From positions 1-35,788 of the forward strand of contig JBOFJV010000208.1 of NCBI GenBank assembly GCA_051657005.1: a DNA stretch of 35,788 bases, written 5' to 3'. Below are positions 32,786 to 35,788 of the stretch, piece by piece. Position 1 is the stretch's first letter; the number at the start of each line of letters is the position of its first letter. Source of the DNA: Legionella sp. Lineage in GTDB: Bacteria > Pseudomonadota > Gammaproteobacteria > Legionellales > Legionellaceae. Both the position numbers and the translations under genes were made by a program. The notes under the pieces are model-generated. The model searched no databases. It had not been told where the DNA came from and saw nothing but the letters and a program-made list of their open reading frames with translations.

Positions 32786-33061
32786 ATGTCGCTAAATAGC
32801 GCAGATAAAGCAGCAGTTGTAAAAGAATACAAGCGTTCTGATAAAGATACAGGTTCGCCAGAAGTTCAGGTTTCTCTAATTACAGGTCGCATCAAATATT
32901 TGACTGAACATTTTAAACAACACAAGAAAGATTTTCATTCTCGACGTGGCTTACAAATGTTAGTTAATAAGCGCCGTAAGCTATTAAAATATTTGAAGCG
33001 TAACGATGAAGCGCGTTATCAAACGCTAATCCAATCTTTAGAGTTAAGGGATTCCTATTGA
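32786..33061 (+). CDS. rpsO: 30S ribosomal protein S15
   Basis: [20 protein letters not shown] and [16 protein letters not shown]. Confidence 0.98.
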   Translation: MSLNSADKAAVVKEYKRSDKDTGSPEVQVSLITGRIKYLTEHFKQHKKDFHSRRGLQMLVNKRRKLLKYLKRNDEARYQTLIQSLELRDSY

Positions 33062-33118
33062 TTACGGAGAAAATACATTTCTTGAGAAATGTACTTGATA
33101 CAAAAAAGATATTTTAAT

Positions 33119-33145
33119 AAAGGCGCAGTTTTATGCGCCTTTTTT
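33119..33145 (+). terminator. Intrinsic terminator between rpsO and pnp
   Basis: AAAGGCGCA-GTTTTA-TGCGCCTTT followed by TTT. Confidence 0.85.
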
Positions 33146-33174
33146 CGTTATAATTACTTAATGAGGAAGATTAC

Positions 33175-35340
33175 GTGGCTAAGTTTACAAAAGAAATAGC
33201 ATTTGGTGACCACACTCTTATATTAGAAACAGGTGAGATAGCACGACAAGCTGACGGGGCTGTCTTAGCTACTATGAATGGTACTCAAGTATTAGCTACT
33301 GTAGTTGGTAAAAAAGAAGGTGCTGAGGGAAATGACTTTTTCCCTCTTACAGTAAATTACCAAGAAAAATTTTATGCTGTAGGTAAAATACCAGGTGGTT
33401 TTAATAAACGCGAAGGCAGACCTTCTGAGCATGAAACTTTGGTTTCCCGTTTAATCGATCGCCACATTAGACCTTTATTTCCTGATGCTTTTTGTAATGA
33501 AGTCCAAGTTATTGCTACAGTTCTTTCATTAAATCCAGAAGTTTCTGCAGACATTGTGGCGATGATTGCTTCATCAGCAGCTGTTGCTCTTTCTGGTGTT
33601 CCTTTTAACGGGCCAATTGGCGCTGCTCGAGTCGGATACAAAGACGGCATTTATTTACTCAATCCAAGTCGCAAAGATTTAGAACAATCTAAATTGGATT
33701 TGGTTGTTGCTGGCACTAAAGATGCTATTTTAATGGTTGAATCAGAAGCTAAAGAATTAAGCGAAGACATTATGCGTGGTGCAATCATGTTCGGTCATGA
33801 AATGATGAAGAATGTGATTAAAGCCATTGAAGAGCTTACTCAACAAGCAGGTAAGCCTCGCTGGGATTGGACAGCTCCTGCAGTTGATGTGCATTTACAA
33901 GAGCGAGTTACTGACATCGCGAGAACAGAAGTAGAAGCAGCTTATTTAATCAAGGATAAACCACAACGATATCAACGATTGGCGGAATTAAAAGAGCAAA
34001 CAATTTCTGCTTTGCAAGCTGAAAATGAAGAGTTACACGCGGATGCCATTGGTTCTATGTTTGTTGAGTTGGAGCGTGCAACTGTCCGTAATCGAATTCT
34101 TGATGGTGAACCACGCATTGATGGTCGTGATCAAAAAACAGTTCGTCCTATTGCAATTCGCACCAAGCTCTTAGAGCGGACTCATGGTTCTGTTTTATTT
34201 ACTCGTGGTGAAACACAAGCAATTGTGGTGGCGACACTAGGTAATGAACGAGACGCACAAATGCTTGACGGTATTAATGGTGAATCCAAAGACCGATTTA
34301 TGTTGCATTACAATTTCCCTCCTTACTCAGTTGGCGAAACGGGTATGGTTGGCAGTCCTAAGCGTCGAGAAATTGGCCATGGACGTTTAGCTAAAAGAGC
34401 CATTATGGCCGTATTGCCTGGCACTGATGAATTCCCTTATGTGTTACGCGTTGTATCGGAAATCACTGAGTCGAATGGTTCAAGCTCAATGGCAACCGTT
34501 TGTGGAACAAGTTTAGCACTTATGGATGCAGGGGTTCCTTTAAAAGCACCTGTTGCAGGTGTTGCTATGGGCTTAATTAAAGAAGGCGACCGCTATGCGG
34601 TGCTGACTGATATATTAGGTGATGAAGATCATTTAGGCGATATGGATTTCAAAGTGGCAGGTACCGAGCAAGGGATTACTGCGCTACAAATGGACATTAA
34701 AATCCAAGGTATTACCAGTGAAATTATGGAGCAAGCATTAGATCAAGCTCTAGCCGGCCGTATGCACATTCTGGGTGTGATGAATAATGCCTTAGCAGAA
34801 CACCGTGACGAATTATCACAACATGCACCAAGAATTACGACAATGAAAGTTGCTGAAGATAAAATTCGCACGATTATTGGTAAAGGTGGCGCAACAATTA
34901 AAGGATTGATTGACAGCACTGGTGTTTCTATTGATATAGATGACACAGGTGTCGTTCAATTATTCTCTCCTGACATGCAAGCATTGGAAGATGCACAAAA
35001 GCAAATTAAAGCCTTGATTGCTGAAGTTGAAGTGGGCCAAACTTATCAAGGTAAAGTAAGTAAAATTGTCGATTTCGGCGCTTTTATCAATCTTTTACCA
35101 GGCAAAGACGGTTTACTTCATATCTCTCAAATCTGCAGTGACAGAACTCAAAAAGTCGAAACTGTTTTACAAGAGGGGCAAGAGATTGAAGTCTTTGTCG
35201 CCGGTATTGACAAGCAAGGGCGAGTGAAGCTTGAGTGGAAAGACAAACCGCAAGCAGCAGAGGGGGCGCCAGCAACCCCTGAGCTTGCTGAAGAGCATTC
35301 TGAATCAACTGAAATGAATACTCGTGCTGAAGAAGAGTAG
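33175..35340 (+). CDS. pnp: Polyribonucleotide nucleotidyltransferase (PNPase)
   Basis: [49 protein letters not shown], and KH and S1 domains. GTG start with GAGG RBS. Confidence 0.98.
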   Translation: MAKFTKEIAFGDHTLILETGEIARQADGAVLATMNGTQVLATVVGKKEGAEGNDFFPLTVNYQEKFYAVGKIPGGFNKREGRPSEHETLVSRLIDRHIRPLFPDAFCNEVQVIATVLSLNPEVSADIVAMIASSAAVALSGVPFNGPIGAARVGYKDGIYLLNPSRKDLEQSKLDLVVAGTKDAILMVESEAKELSEDIMRGAIMFGHEMMKNVIKAIEELTQQAGKPRWDWTAPAVDVHLQERVTDIARTEVEAAYLIKDKPQRYQRLAELKEQTISALQAENEELHADAIGSMFVELERATVRNRILDGEPRIDGRDQKTVRPIAIRTKLLERTHGSVLFTRGETQAIVVATLGNERDAQMLDGINGESKDRFMLHYNFPPYSVGETGMVGSPKRREIGHGRLAKRAIMAVLPGTDEFPYVLRVVSEITESNGSSSMATVCGTSLALMDAGVPLKAPVAGVAMGLIKEGDRYAVLTDILGDEDHLGDMDFKVAGTEQGITALQMDIKIQGITSEIMEQALDQALAGRMHILGVMNNALAEHRDELSQHAPRITTMKVAEDKIRTIIGKGGATIKGLIDSTGVSIDIDDTGVVQLFSPDMQALEDAQKQIKALIAEVEVGQTYQGKVSKIVDFGAFINLLPGKDGLLHISQICSDRTQKVETVLQEGQEIEVFVAGIDKQGRVKLEWKDKPQAAEGAPATPELAEEHSESTEMNTRAEEE

Positions 35341-35377
35341 TTCTCATCCACGATTCATGGCTACACATTATAGAAAC

Positions 35378-35411
35378 CATAGCCTGGGCTTTGCGTAGCG
35401 AAGCTCAGGTT
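35378..35411 (+). repeat. Degenerate GTAG-type REP-like palindrome downstream of pnp
   Basis: cATAG-CCTGGGCTTTGC-GTA-GCGAAGCTCAGG-TT: 14-bp stem with G.U pairs and a foot one base from GTAG. Confidence 0.55.
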
Positions 35412-35457
35412 TTCTTAGCTACTCTGTTGCACTTAGATTACAAAGCCTTGAAGCTTC

Positions 35458-35484
35458 TATGGCGTCGACACGCCATATTATTTT
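35458..35484 (+). terminator. Probable intrinsic terminator of pnp
   Basis: TATGGCGT-CGAC-ACGCCATA perfect 8-bp stem followed by TTATTTT. Confidence 0.65.
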
Positions 35485-35649
35485 CTTAAAAAAATTTTGC
35501 ATGAAGCATCATTCGCTGTCATTGACTGGTGCATAAGCTTTTTTTAAGCTTTCTAGCTTATAATTAGAGTACTTAAGAGCTGTTTGGATAGAACATTTGT
35601 TGCAAATCGATTCAATACGCCTATTGGAGCTTTCGGAGCAAAAGAAATG

Positions 35650-35788
35650 GGCTCTACACCAATTAAGGGGGCACTTTAATCAAATTAGTCTAGACTAAGT
35701 CCTTGATTTAGGGAACAAAAGGAGATTAAAGTGCCGAAGTACAATATTATCCTAAATTTACCTGGATTTTCCATAGTAAAAGTGAGCG
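35650..35788 (+). mobile_element. Left end of probable ISL3-family insertion sequence (truncated by window end)
   Basis: Begins GGCTCTACACCAATTAAGGGGGCAC (GGCTCT is a typical ISL3 terminus) after an A-rich target. An RBS and ORF start follow about 80 nt inside. Confidence 0.7.
35731..35788 (+). CDS. Probable ISL3-family transposase, N-terminal 19 codons (partial)
   Basis: AAGGAG RBS, GTG start, MPKYNIILNLPGFSIVKVS. The L-x-LPG-hydrophobic N-terminus resembles ISL3 transposases as I recall them. Confidence 0.65.
   Translation, partial: MPKYNIILNLPGFSIVKVS

Overview
This AT-rich window looks like a Legionella/Legionellaceae chromosome segment. That assignment is inferred from gene order and protein style, not from a database search. 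About 31 kb is core housekeeping: hda, a pgsA-like gene, yhbY, rlmE-ftsH-folP-glmM-tpiA-secG-tRNA-Leu(GAG), a complete 14-gene nuoA-N complex I operon with separate nuoC and nuoD, then initiator tRNA-Met-rimP-nusA-infB-rbfA-truB-rpsO-pnp. The first 3.7 kb is accessory and partly decaying. It holds a POT/DtpA peptide transporter broken by an in-frame TGA, a Tyr/Gly/Trp/His-rich lipoprotein with an apparent C-terminal frameshift, a 34-bp element made of two MITE-like inverted ends, a 412-aa four-TM/coiled-coil protein ending in a eukaryotic-type CCAL prenylation box (candidate Dot/Icm effector), and a stop-riddled remnant ending in a second CaaX-like box (CELM). The window ends in the left end of a probable ISL3-family IS. 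I found no convincing new multi-gene system. The most unusual signals are (i) the candidate host-lipidated effector(s) and (ii) repeated replacement of normally near-invariant residues in essential proteins, many explicable by single G:C>T:A changes. The second pattern suggests a genome in early erosion, an oxidative-repair mutator, or a sequencing artefact.
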